Source of the DNA: an uncultured archaeon
GTDB taxonomy: Archaea; Asgardarchaeota; Lokiarchaeia; Sigyniarchaeales; SOKP01
Direction: 5' to 3'
Length of the DNA: 63,272 nt
Assembly: GCA_964583985.1 (NCBI GenBank)
Contig: CAZOYD010000006.1
Span: forward strand, 23,858-87,129
The position numbers and the translations under genes were made by a program. The notes beneath the pieces were generated by a model. That model did not search any database and was not told the origin of the DNA. It was given only the letters and a program-made list of their open reading frames with translations. This document shows positions 40,374 to 50,181 of this stretch, one piece after another. Each line of letters opens with the position of its first letter. Positions within the stretch are counted from its first letter, which is position 1.

Positions 40374-40911
40374 AATAATTCACTTTTTATTTTAAAAAAT
40401 AAAAAAACATAAAAACAGATATTCAAAAATATTCATTTTTGCTTGTTTTACAATTTTTTTTTTGATTATTTTGTTTTTTTCCATTCTATTATTTTTCATA
40501 TTTGGGAAAAATGTTAGATATTCATAAGTTCGTGATAGAAATTACTAATAATCGTTTTCCATATTACTAATTTTTTTTTTAGTATTTATTTCTTTACGTT
40601 TTAGAATATAATATTTCCCTTATGCAATAAAGTATTAAGTTACTCCACTATTTAAAAATGTTTTTATTCGAAGTTGTTCTGTGTCAGCGTACATCAAATA
40701 ACTGAGGGAAAAAATTCCCCCGTACTTATGGGAAAGCTGATCCATTATATTTTAAAAGTTAGAGATAAGACATTGTGAACTATTTGAAATCCTTTGAAAT
40801 AATTTTGGAAGATAAAGTAAATTCATCTTTTTATCAATTAGTTTGGAGAAATCATTAATATATTTAATAAGTCGTATATTCTGATAAAATAGGTCATCCA
40901 AAGGAATTAGT

Positions 40912-42204
40912 TTATTCTATAAAATGAGGGATGACTTGAGGACCATTAGGCAGTATTAAGATGCGAGCATCTGGACCATGTTTTTTTAAGGCATTAGAAA
41001 TAGCATTCTCTACTGTCTGAGCATGTTTTAATCCAATCTTGCCTAATTCAGCTTCTCTAAGAGTTGATACCACGTAGATCTCAGCTTTTTGAAGGATTCG
41101 TGCTAAAACTTGGATTTCCCATTGATCTGGTACAATAATTTCCTTATTTAATATCTTATCATGCATTTCTTTCGGGCTCATTTCGGAATAGAGAAGTTCC
41201 TTAAATTTTTCTTGTCCTATACCATCAACACATTCATTTACAGATATGATGGTCCCTCCCTGTTTAACTCCCAACTCACCTATCGCCATGCTTTTAACCG
41301 CTTGATAGAGATTTAAATCGAGAGGAAATCCCCCATTACCACATACTACAATGTCATATGGTCTTTTTATTGGGCTAAATATCTTTTTTAATTGATATTG
41401 AACAAGGTGATCATGGGCGTCTTCTAATGATCCTGTTGCTATACTTGTTATATTATGGTGTTCCTCAATGCATACATTGACAATAAAATCAACTCCTGCG
41501 AGACGTGCAATCTCCATGGAGTTTACGTGCATTGGATTTTCGCGATATTTCCCAAATCGCGAATATTTTGAAGCGATTAATTGAGCGGAATGATTTGCCT
41601 GGATAGTGCTTGCACCCGCTATTCCAGGAACTATTGATTTGCAACCCCCAGAAAAACCAAAAAAGAAATGAGGTTCTACATATCCAGTTAAAATCTTGAT
41701 ATCACTTTCAAGATAATGTTTGTTTATATAGATGGGGATTCCTTTTTTAGATTCTCCTAAATAAGAGAGAACGTTCATATCAGTCGCTAAATGATCTCTA
41801 CATTCTATTCTTCCGTAAAGATTTTGCCCCATAATCTTTTCTCGTTCTGCTTCTCGAGATGGTCTATGAAGTCCAGTTGCTATTAGGATGATAATTTGGG
41901 AATCCATTATTCCGTAATTATTAAGTTCATTGATTAAAGCTTCCAATATGAAGTGAGAGGGTACTGGACGAGTAGAATCTGAAGAAACTATACAAACTTT
42001 TCGCACGTGCCTTTTTCCCTTTATAATTTGTTCAAGTGATGCTGATCCCACTGGATGATTAATTTCATCCTGAATCACTTGAACCGGGTTGTTCACTATT
42101 TTTTGAGGGTTTGGTCTGAGTACCTCTACGTTCCATTTAGGATCCATACTTATTGTAAGCCCTTTTTTTCCATAATCTACTATTAATTTGATATCCAAAC
42201 CCAC
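40912..42204 (-). CDS. larA: nickel-pincer lactate racemase family
   Basis: SDSTRPVP, ATGLHR, EPHFFFGFSGGCKSIVPG, DLNLYQAVK, DQW. Confidence 0.92.
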   Translation of the reverse strand: MGLDIKLIVDYGKKGLTISMDPKWNVEVLRPNPQKIVNNPVQVIQDEINHPVGSASLEQIIKGKRHVRKVCIVSSDSTRPVPSHFILEALINELNNYGIMDSQIIILIATGLHRPSREAEREKIMGQNLYGRIECRDHLATDMNVLSYLGESKKGIPIYINKHYLESDIKILTGYVEPHFFFGFSGGCKSIVPGIAGASTIQANHSAQLIASKYSRFGKYRENPMHVNSMEIARLAGVDFIVNVCIEEHHNITSIATGSLEDAHDHLVQYQLKKIFSPIKRPYDIVVCGNGGFPLDLNLYQAVKSMAIGELGVKQGGTIISVNECVDGIGQEKFKELLYSEMSPKEMHDKILNKEIIVPDQWEIQVLARILQKAEIYVVSTLREAELGKIGLKHAQTVENAISNALKKHGPDARILILPNGPQVIPHFIE

Positions 42205-42415
42205 CTTTTTTGAAAATTCGATAAATTGAAATTATCTATGTTAATAAAACCCAGAAAAGATAAAATTTTATTCCTTAGAAAATTTGAAATTATTTAAATT
42301 GAATATAATTCCTTTATATTTTTATAAACCAAAGTAATATTTATTGACAATCAAGATTTATTTTACAATATATTTCATATAAAATCTTTTCAAAGCACTT
42401 GAATCAACCAAACGA

Positions 42416-42844
42416 ATGGGGATAAAAATGGTGAAAATACTCAAAGATCTGTGGATACTTGCCTCAACAGGGGTAGTTCTCTTTTCGCGAGTTATTGATG
42501 AAAAAATAAATCCCCAATTGTTCGGTGGCTTGATCTCAGCTCTAAATACCTTCGCAGAAAAACTTTCAAACGGTGGTATTACTAATTTCGAACTTAGCAA
42601 TTTAAAGTTCATAGTGGTAAAAAGGAGAGATTTTCTATTTATCGGGAGCACCTCTAATAAAGTGAAAGAGAAAAAGGCCGAAGAGGAATTGAAAAAAATT
42701 GGAGACCTCTTTTTCAAAAAGTATCCTCAAGAAGTGCTCATTAAATGGGACAATGACATCAGCATTTTTTCAGATTTCGGGTCTAATATTGAGGGTTCCT
42801 TGGAAAAAGATTCTACTGATAAAATGAAAGAAGCTTTCTGGTAA
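42416..42844 (+). CDS. longin-like domain protein (Asgard)
   Basis: LWILASTGVVLFSR...LFGGLISALNTFA pattern, followed by three strands and two helices. Confidence 0.7.
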   Translation: MGIKMVKILKDLWILASTGVVLFSRVIDEKINPQLFGGLISALNTFAEKLSNGGITNFELSNLKFIVVKRRDFLFIGSTSNKVKEKKAEEELKKIGDLFFKKYPQEVLIKWDNDISIFSDFGSNIEGSLEKDSTDKMKEAFW

Positions 42845-42902
42845 CTCATGTTCAATAATAATAAAGAATTTAAGATGAGTAGTATATTATTTTATCGAAA
42901 AT

Positions 42903-43247
42903 ATGACTTCAGAAAATAATAAATCAAAAGAAGTGAATAATCGAGGAGATCCTCGTATTATCGAAAATTACGAAGAATTAATGAATAATAACAAATTAAA
43001 TTGGGTTGATTCAAAGGATCCAAATAATATCATTAAGCAATTAAGAAGTCCACGATTTTTAGGTTCTTATCACCTCAAACAAGAAGCAAGTTCAAAATTC
43101 GCACCCGTAGATAATTTGATCAAGGGAAGTATGAGATTAAACCAAGAAAAATCTCTAAAAACCACGATTTTTAATCCAATAACAATAGGATTGATGATTA
43201 TCGCATTTGTATTTAATTTATTCTGGCTTATCCAAGCATTTTATTGA
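42903..43247 (+). CDS. hypothetical tail-anchored membrane protein
   Basis: Single C-terminal TM helix, no signal peptide. Confidence 0.65.
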   Translation: MTSENNKSKEVNNRGDPRIIENYEELMNNNKLNWVDSKDPNNIIKQLRSPRFLGSYHLKQEASSKFAPVDNLIKGSMRLNQEKSLKTTIFNPITIGLMIIAFVFNLFWLIQAFY

Positions 43248-43404
43248 ATGAGCACTCTTATTAGTGGATTGATTAATGAGATTTTTCGTATTAAATATCT
43301 CTTTAAAGTTAAAATAAATTCTCCTCAATAAGTTTTAAAGAAGAAAAGTTTTCTAATAATTAAGACGTAAGTATATAAAATTATGCCATAAGGAGTCCGG
43401 TTTA

Positions 43405-44874
43405 TTGATTTATGATGTAATTATTATTGGAGGTGGCGTGATTGGATGCTGTATAGCACGCACACTTTCGAAATATGACCTTAAAATTGCCGTATTAGAA
43501 AAAGAAGCAGATATTGCTTCAGGTACTACAAAAGCTAATTCTGGAGTTGTTCATGCGGGTTATGCTGCAGAAAGAGAGTATTTAAAGCGAGACATGTGCA
43601 TTAAAGGTAATAAAATGTATACCAAAGCTGCAGAGGAGCTTAATTTTCCCCTTCAAAGGATAGGTTCTTTTGTGGTCGCCTTAGAAGATAATCAAATCAA
43701 AGATTTGGAAGTAGAACGTAACAATGGAATTCAAGATGGAATAGTTGGTTTAGAATTAATTCTGGATAAGAAAAAAATTAAACATATGGAACCAAATTTA
43801 ACCGATGATGTAGTAGGAGTACTTCATGCCCCCTCTGCAGGTATTGTGAGTCCATATGAGATGACATTTGCATTAGCAGAGAATGCAGCGATGAATGGCG
43901 TAAAATTTTTTCGCAGTCATAAAGTAAAAAGAATTCGTCATCAAAATTATATTTTCGAGTTAAAAACCAAGCAAAGTACTTTTAAAGCACGAAATATTGT
44001 AAACGCTGCTGGATTATTTGCTTCAAAAATTTCTAAGATGGTAGGATTGGATTATTTTGATATAATGCCTCGTAAGGGCGAATATATCTTATTTGATCGC
44101 AATTCGATGCATTTAAATAAAGTACTATTCCCAATGGCGACAAAAGTTTCAAAAGGAATATTAGTTTGTCCCACTGCTCACGGAAATACTTTTGTTGGAC
44201 CAAATGCCCAAAATTTATCAGATAAAAAAGATACATCAACAACAGAAGCTGGGTTAAAAGAGATACTTGAAGGAGCTAGAAAACTGGTTCCTCACTTGCC
44301 TGAACGTGCTTCAATTAGGAATTTTGCTGGTTTGAGAGCAATACCAGATAGTTATGACTTTATAATTGATAACACTGACGTGTATGGATTTATAAATGTC
44401 GCAGGGATTTTATCTCCTGGATTGACATCTTGTTATGCAATTTCAGAGAGAGTGATTGAATATCTTGAATTACTTGGCGTTGATTTGAAACCCAATGAAA
44501 AATATAACCCAATTCGGCCTAAACCCGAACGGTTTAAGGAATTTTTAAAAGATGAACTGGATCGAAAAATTAGAGTCGATCCAGCTTGGGGTCGAATCAT
44601 CTGCAGATGTGAAACTATTCCTGAAAAAGAGATTTTAAATGCTATTCATGCGCCTGTGGGGGCAATAAATGTTGATGGTGTCAAATTTCGTTGTAGACCT
44701 GGAATGGGTAGGTGTCAAGGAGGTTTTTGTCGTCCAAGAGTGATGGAAATTCTCGCAAGAGAATTAAATATCCCGTACCAAGATGTCACCAAAAAAAGTG
44801 AGGATTCCTATTATTTAGTTTCTAAAACCAAGGATGAACTACTTAAAAAATTAGAGAGTGGTGAAGAAGAATGA
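43405..44874 (+). CDS. GlpA-like FAD-dependent glycerol-3-phosphate dehydrogenase family with BFD-like [2Fe-2S] domain
   Basis: IIGGGVIG, TTKANSGVVHAG, FAGLRA, SPGLTS, ICRCE...RPGMGRCQGGFC. Confidence 0.85.
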   Translation: MIYDVIIIGGGVIGCCIARTLSKYDLKIAVLEKEADIASGTTKANSGVVHAGYAAEREYLKRDMCIKGNKMYTKAAEELNFPLQRIGSFVVALEDNQIKDLEVERNNGIQDGIVGLELILDKKKIKHMEPNLTDDVVGVLHAPSAGIVSPYEMTFALAENAAMNGVKFFRSHKVKRIRHQNYIFELKTKQSTFKARNIVNAAGLFASKISKMVGLDYFDIMPRKGEYILFDRNSMHLNKVLFPMATKVSKGILVCPTAHGNTFVGPNAQNLSDKKDTSTTEAGLKEILEGARKLVPHLPERASIRNFAGLRAIPDSYDFIIDNTDVYGFINVAGILSPGLTSCYAISERVIEYLELLGVDLKPNEKYNPIRPKPERFKEFLKDELDRKIRVDPAWGRIICRCETIPEKEILNAIHAPVGAINVDGVKFRCRPGMGRCQGGFCRPRVMEILARELNIPYQDVTKKSEDSYYLVSKTKDELLKKLESGEEE

Positions 44875-46169
44875 AAAGTTATAAAGCAGATGTACTTGTT
44901 ATTGGTGCTGGAGCAGCAGGCTTAGCCGCAGCAATAGAAGTCAAAAAATCAGATTTAAAAGTATTAATAATAGAAAGGGCTAAAGAGTTAGGGGGAATTA
45001 CATTACAATGCATCCATAATGGTTTTGGGCTTAAGGAATTTGAAGAAGAGTTGACAGGACCTGAATACGCTCAAAGATTTATTAATCAGGTCAATGATTT
45101 GAAAATACCGTATATTTTAGATACGATGGTTATTGAAATTACAAAAGATAAAAAAATTTATGCCGTGAACAACAAAGAAGGGCTCATTGAAGTTAGCGCA
45201 AAAGCAATAATACTTGCTATGGGATGCCGTGAAAGAACGAGGGGTGCTATCAACATTCCGGGATTTAGACCATCGGGAATATATACCGCGGGACAAGCAC
45301 AAAGATTCGTAAACATTGAAGGTTATTTACCGGGACATACATATGTCATTTTAGGAAGCGGAGATATTGGAATGATAATGGCCCGCCGATTGACATGGGA
45401 AGGATGTAATGTAAAAGCTGTAGTTGAAATCCAACCATACGTAAGTGGGCTTCTGAGAAATCAAGTTCAATGTTTAGAGGATTATGATATTCCCTTAATT
45501 ACTAGTTATACTGTCACTAAAATTCACGGGAGAGATAGATTGCAAGGCGTTTCAATAGCAAAAGTTACAAAGGATTATGACCGAATAATAGGATCTGAAA
45601 GATTTATCGAATGTGATACCTTGTTACTTTCAGTGGGATTAATCCCTGAAAATGAATTAACTTTACAAGCTGGAGCTACTCTATCCCAAAATGGTGGACC
45701 AATGGTGGATAATAATTTAGAAACCACGATTGATGGGATTTTTGCTTGTGGAAATGTTCTCCAAGTTCATGATTTAGTTGACATGGTTACTTCCGAAGCC
45801 AAGCGAGCCGGAAAAAATGTCATCGATTACATACAATATCGATATGATAAACCAGTTAAAAAAGAAGAGAAGATTAAATGCATTCCTGGTGAAAACATAA
45901 ATTATCTAAAACCAGACCTTGTAAATAAAAGTGACATTGAATCTAACATTATATTTAATTTTCGAGTGAAATATCCTGATAGACGAGTAATCATTCAATT
46001 TAAAGATGAGAAGAATAAAGTAATCTACACACGAAAAAAAGTGTACGTGATTCCTAGCGAAATGATCGAATTAGCTCTTAATCTTAAAGAAATTGGTGTA
46101 GAAACGACGATTAAAGAAATTAGAATAGAAGTCATTCCTCGTCCTGAAGTTTTAATAGAGGAGGATTAA
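44871..46169 (+). CDS. NAD(P)/FAD oxidoreductase subunit of the G3P dehydrogenase-type cluster
   Basis: GAGAAG, LGGI.LQCIHNGFG, LTGPEY, GCRERTRG, GNVLQVHDLVD; ATGA overlap with the preceding gene. Confidence 0.87.
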   Translation: MKSYKADVLVIGAGAAGLAAAIEVKKSDLKVLIIERAKELGGITLQCIHNGFGLKEFEEELTGPEYAQRFINQVNDLKIPYILDTMVIEITKDKKIYAVNNKEGLIEVSAKAIILAMGCRERTRGAINIPGFRPSGIYTAGQAQRFVNIEGYLPGHTYVILGSGDIGMIMARRLTWEGCNVKAVVEIQPYVSGLLRNQVQCLEDYDIPLITSYTVTKIHGRDRLQGVSIAKVTKDYDRIIGSERFIECDTLLLSVGLIPENELTLQAGATLSQNGGPMVDNNLETTIDGIFACGNVLQVHDLVDMVTSEAKRAGKNVIDYIQYRYDKPVKKEEKIKCIPGENINYLKPDLVNKSDIESNIIFNFRVKYPDRRVIIQFKDEKNKVIYTRKKVYVIPSEMIELALNLKEIGVETTIKEIRIEVIPRPEVLIEED

Positions 46170-46175
46170 AAAGAG

Positions 46176-46562
46176 GTGATATTAATGTCAGAAATAAGTA
46201 CTGTTAAAGTTATTCGTTGTATTGTGTGTCCTACAGGATGTGAGATTAAAGCTATTAAAAATCCTAATAATGAAATCACGTTTGAAGGTTATACGTGCAA
46301 TCGGGGTTTAGAATATGCTACTCAAGAATTTTATGAACCCAAAAGAATTCTTACAACAACGATCAGAGTGGAAAATGGGTTTTTACCTCTAATTCCCGTA
46401 AGAACTGACAAACCGATACTTAAAGATAAATTAAATGAAGCTTTGATGATAATAGCACAAACCGTTGTAAACGCTCCTGTCAAGATGGGAGATATTTTGA
46501 TTAAAGACTTGTTAAATAGTGGCGCTAATGTTATAGCAAGTAGAGACTTAGGTAAGGCTTAA
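46176..46562 (+). CDS. DUF1667 CxxC protein
   Basis: CIVCPTGC...C.RG..YA.QE...PKR.LTTT. Confidence 0.88.
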   Translation: MILMSEISTVKVIRCIVCPTGCEIKAIKNPNNEITFEGYTCNRGLEYATQEFYEPKRILTTTIRVENGFLPLIPVRTDKPILKDKLNEALMIIAQTVVNAPVKMGDILIKDLLNSGANVIASRDLGKA

Positions 46563-46606
46563 TTTTTTTTTTTAATTAATATTTCATAATTATGAGAGAA
46601 CTTCAA

Positions 46607-46789
46607 ATGAAAATTAACGAAGTTGTCATTATAGGAGGATTGATTGCAAGATAAGTAGCAGGACGTTATCTTGCCAATGCAGGGATTTCAATGCTAATAG
46701 TAGAAGCTGCTAAAATGCCTCGAGAGAAGCCATGTAGCGGAATTCAATTTAAATATTTTGAAAAATTGATTGGGACACAAATTGAATAG
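46607..46789 (+). pseudogene. remnant of a geranylgeranyl-reductase-family FAD enzyme
   Basis: My translation MKINEVVIIGGLIAR*VAGRYLANAGISMLIVEAAKMPREKPCSGIQFKYFEKLIGTQIE*; degenerate Rossmann motif, PRxKPCxG, internal TAA at 46652. Confidence 0.8.
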
Positions 46790-46797
46790 ATAAAAAA

Positions 46798-47253
46798 ATG
46801 GTAGAATTAGATCAAATTTATAAAGTTTATCCGAATCTCTATATAGGTGCTTATTGGCCCCGTCTTAATTTTAAATTGTTTAAAAAACTAGGGATAACAG
46901 CTATAGTCAATTTAATGGAAGATAATTATTACGATCCCACGGATCTGGGATTTGAATATCTTTATAAAGGATTTCCTGATGATTGGTATCCTCCACATAG
47001 TTATATTAAAGAGATATTAGATTTTATAGATATTCACATAAAAAAAGGAAAAGTTCTGGTTCACTGTGCTATGGGAATTTCCAGGAGTGGAGGGCTCATA
47101 GTTGCTTGGATAATGAAAGAAAATCCAGGATGGAGTTGGACAAAAGCTTTGAAAACGGTACAGAAAGAGCGTTTAATTTATCCTGCAATTGAAATCAAAA
47201 TGGCAATTTTAGATTATTTCGAATCAATTGAAGGACATAGAAGAAATGACTAA
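46798..47253 (+). CDS. dual-specificity protein phosphatase
   Basis: VLVHCAMGISRSG (HCx5R), LYIG, FPD. Confidence 0.93.
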   Translation: MVELDQIYKVYPNLYIGAYWPRLNFKLFKKLGITAIVNLMEDNYYDPTDLGFEYLYKGFPDDWYPPHSYIKEILDFIDIHIKKGKVLVHCAMGISRSGGLIVAWIMKENPGWSWTKALKTVQKERLIYPAIEIKMAILDYFESIEGHRRND

Positions 47254-47268
47254 TTTTGATTAATATAT

Positions 47269-49578
47269 TTGATGGTAAGGTTCAAGATGGATAATAACCA
47301 GCCTGTTCTAAACGTTTTAATTGCAGGACATGCCCAGCATGGCAAAAGTAGTTTAATTCAAGCAATATGTGGAGTTTTTCCCGATAATCTAGACTTTGAA
47401 CTTATTAGAGGTACCACCGTAACATTAAAAGTAATAGAATTTGTTCTGACTAAGAAAAATCTAAAGATAAATTTCTTGGATAGTCCAGGTCATGCCGATT
47501 TCAAGGGTGGTATTGCATTAGGATTATCATTTACCGATTTATTAATTTTAGTAGTAGCTGGAAATGAGGGTTTTCAAGCTAGAACATATTGGTTATACCA
47601 GAAAGCTATTGAATTGAACGTACCAATTATTATAGCAGTAACAAAAATGGATTTAAGAAATGCAAACATTGATATCATTAAAAAGGAATTAAATCAATTA
47701 AATCCAAATAAAAATTTACCTATTATAGAAACATCTGCTAAGCTAATTTTTGGAATTGATGAACTAATAGATAAAATATCATTATACACAAAGATAAGAA
47801 CTGATATAAATGAAGATTTATCATTCATTATTCTGGGCTATGAATTCAAAAAAGGGTTTGGAGAATTATTAGATATTGGATTAATATCAGGTACAATTGA
47901 AAGTAATTGGATTACTGATAAAATTAAAGTCCGTCATTTATTATCAATGGATGGAAAAACATTAAATAAAGCGATAGAAGGGCAAATTGTAAAAGTTTCT
48001 TTAAACATTGATGCCAATTTTGAGCTTGGCACCATTTATCGCGAAGGAAAATTTCTGCCTTCGAGTTTTAGTGGAACTTTATCAGAAATTAAACCCAGAA
48101 AAGAATTTTTCATCACCATTGATGATCCAATTCGATTTAAAATTGGAATGAATACCTTAGGAAATTTACAAAAGCTAATTCCTTCTTTCGATTTTTATGT
48201 AGATAATGGAACCATAAATATTTTAGTATTAGGAGATTTGCAATTTGAATTCATTAAGAAAAATCTTGAAGAACTAATTGAATTTCAAATATCAGGTTCA
48301 AAAATAAAAGGTATTATAACAATTAATTCAGCAAGTGATGCTAAATTCGGAACTGCTCATGTTCGTATCGTTCCTCGTTGTTCACACGCATTCACTATTT
48401 CAAGAGGAATTAATGCATTAAATGAACCGAAATTAATCGATATTTTAGGAGTATCTGTTGTAAAACAAGCATTTCATATTGATGGCCTTCACACTACTAT
48501 TTATTCAGGAAATAATGAGGATGATATTGCCCAAGCGATTGCAAAAGCAATTGAAAAGACTAAACTTATAAAAATCATACCTTATCAAGATGTTTTAGTC
48601 AAGGTTGATAATCAACACGATTTATTTCCAATTATTGAGAAATATAACATAGAAGTGCTCCATCAAGATATAAACCAAAATTTCTTCCTTCAAATAAAGA
48701 TTGATGATTTTGATCCATTCTTCAATTCCTTGATGAAAATTTCAAACGGTATGGCAGAAATAAATCTTATTCGCTTTGACAAAGAAGAATTGGTACTTGC
48801 TGTAGATCCTGGAACTCGACATTTCGGATTTTGCCTAATGGAGCAAGGAGAACTTCCTTCTTTATGGCACGTAAATCTCAAAAATAAAATTGATAATATT
48901 AAGTCTTGGAGTTCATCTCAAAAAACGCTTAAAAGAGAACTAGATACTTTTTTGCAATATCAAAAAGATTTAATTAAGAAAATCTTCATTGGAAATGGAC
49001 CAGGATCAGAATTTATAGTAGAATTCCTCAAAGTATTTTTCGATCTACAAGATGATAATAATGAAAATATGGAACAGAGATTTTCTTCTCCAGAAATATA
49101 TCTCGTAGATGAATATAAAACAACAAAAGAAGCATTATATCATCTTCAAAATGGTAAACTTGTAAATGAAGTACACTCTAAAGGGTTTGTTGATCACGCT
49201 ATTGCTGCTTTAGTAATTGCTAAAAGAGGAATAAAAGGTGAAATCATCAAAATTGACAGATCACCAATTAAAAAATTACATGAATATATAATAGAAAATT
49301 ATAGTGGATCACTTTCCTTTTCTAGCATTCATAATATTAACAGTTTGGATGACCTCAAGAGAGGATTATACCTGCGAATAAAAGATTCATCAAGACTAGA
49401 TTCTCGGCTGAAAAATGGAGAAATTATAGCTTTTACTGGATTTGGGCAAGGTTATGGCGAATTACATGCTAATACTATCACGGGTAATAAAATCATCATA
49501 AAATTTCAAGGAAATGTAAAATTAAGAAGAGATTTCTTTAAGATCTTCACACCCATGAAGGAAAGAAGCTCCTCTTAA
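47269..49578 (+). CDS. EF-G/EF-2-like translational GTPase fused to a YqgF/Tex RNase H-like domain
   Basis: GHAQHGKSS, RGTTV, DSPGHADF, TKMD, SAK; LGDLQFEFI (domain III-like); domain V-like IIPYQ...SLMKISNG; LAVDPGTRHFG, IGNGPGS, VDEYKTT, DHAIAA. Confidence 0.85.
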   Translation: MMVRFKMDNNQPVLNVLIAGHAQHGKSSLIQAICGVFPDNLDFELIRGTTVTLKVIEFVLTKKNLKINFLDSPGHADFKGGIALGLSFTDLLILVVAGNEGFQARTYWLYQKAIELNVPIIIAVTKMDLRNANIDIIKKELNQLNPNKNLPIIETSAKLIFGIDELIDKISLYTKIRTDINEDLSFIILGYEFKKGFGELLDIGLISGTIESNWITDKIKVRHLLSMDGKTLNKAIEGQIVKVSLNIDANFELGTIYREGKFLPSSFSGTLSEIKPRKEFFITIDDPIRFKIGMNTLGNLQKLIPSFDFYVDNGTINILVLGDLQFEFIKKNLEELIEFQISGSKIKGIITINSASDAKFGTAHVRIVPRCSHAFTISRGINALNEPKLIDILGVSVVKQAFHIDGLHTTIYSGNNEDDIAQAIAKAIEKTKLIKIIPYQDVLVKVDNQHDLFPIIEKYNIEVLHQDINQNFFLQIKIDDFDPFFNSLMKISNGMAEINLIRFDKEELVLAVDPGTRHFGFCLMEQGELPSLWHVNLKNKIDNIKSWSSSQKTLKRELDTFLQYQKDLIKKIFIGNGPGSEFIVEFLKVFFDLQDDNNENMEQRFSSPEIYLVDEYKTTKEALYHLQNGKLVNEVHSKGFVDHAIAALVIAKRGIKGEIIKIDRSPIKKLHEYIIENYSGSLSFSSIHNINSLDDLKRGLYLRIKDSSRLDSRLKNGEIIAFTGFGQGYGELHANTITGNKIIIKFQGNVKLRRDFFKIFTPMKERSSS

Positions 49579-49691
49579 GGTTATTTAAGTTATAATCTCT
49601 CTCACATTCAACCTTTCATTTACATAAATATTTAAAAATCAAATAGATCATATATTAAAATCTTTTTTTATTGAAAAGAGAAGGAAAAAAA

Positions 49692-50012
49692 ATGACAGAA
49701 TTTGAAGAAAAAATTTTATTATTATTAGGAACAATAAATGAAAAATTGGATAAACTTTTGAATTTGAAAACATCTCAACCATCATTTCCTGAAACCACAG
49801 GTACGGTAAAACCATCTGAGTTACTTGAAAGACAAAAAGAAGAAGAACGAGCAATTGAAAAACCACCTGTTGAAGGAAGAAGAATATGTCCAAAGTGTGG
49901 AGGTACAACCTTTAATACGGTTGAAGATCAATCACAAGTTCTATTTCAACAAGGTGGGATGAAGATCTATGCTAAATCATATATTTGTAAGAGTTGCGGA
50001 ACAAAGGTCTAA
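49692..50012 (+). CDS. small Zn-ribbon protein
   Basis: EGRRICPKCG...YICKSCG; N-terminal helix; ATG at 49692. Confidence 0.8.
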   Translation: MTEFEEKILLLLGTINEKLDKLLNLKTSQPSFPETTGTVKPSELLERQKEEERAIEKPPVEGRRICPKCGGTTFNTVEDQSQVLFQQGGMKIYAKSYICKSCGTKV

Positions 50013-50181
50013 TTTTTTCAATATTTTTTTCTATAAATATTGTTAAGTTATCTTGAAAATTAAATTCTAAAGCATCAAATAAAATCATTTTAATTCCTTA
50101 GGTTTTTAATGCAACTATACCATATTATTTTTGAAAAAACTTGCATAAAAACTTCTTTAGAAAATTCCATTTATTGTTAAG

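Noticed and set aside
47269-49578. Calling the GTPase SelB, aIF5B or canonical EF-2
   Set aside because: Its domain III/V-like segments are EF-G-type, domain IV is short with no diphthamide loop visible, and there is an extra nuclease-like domain
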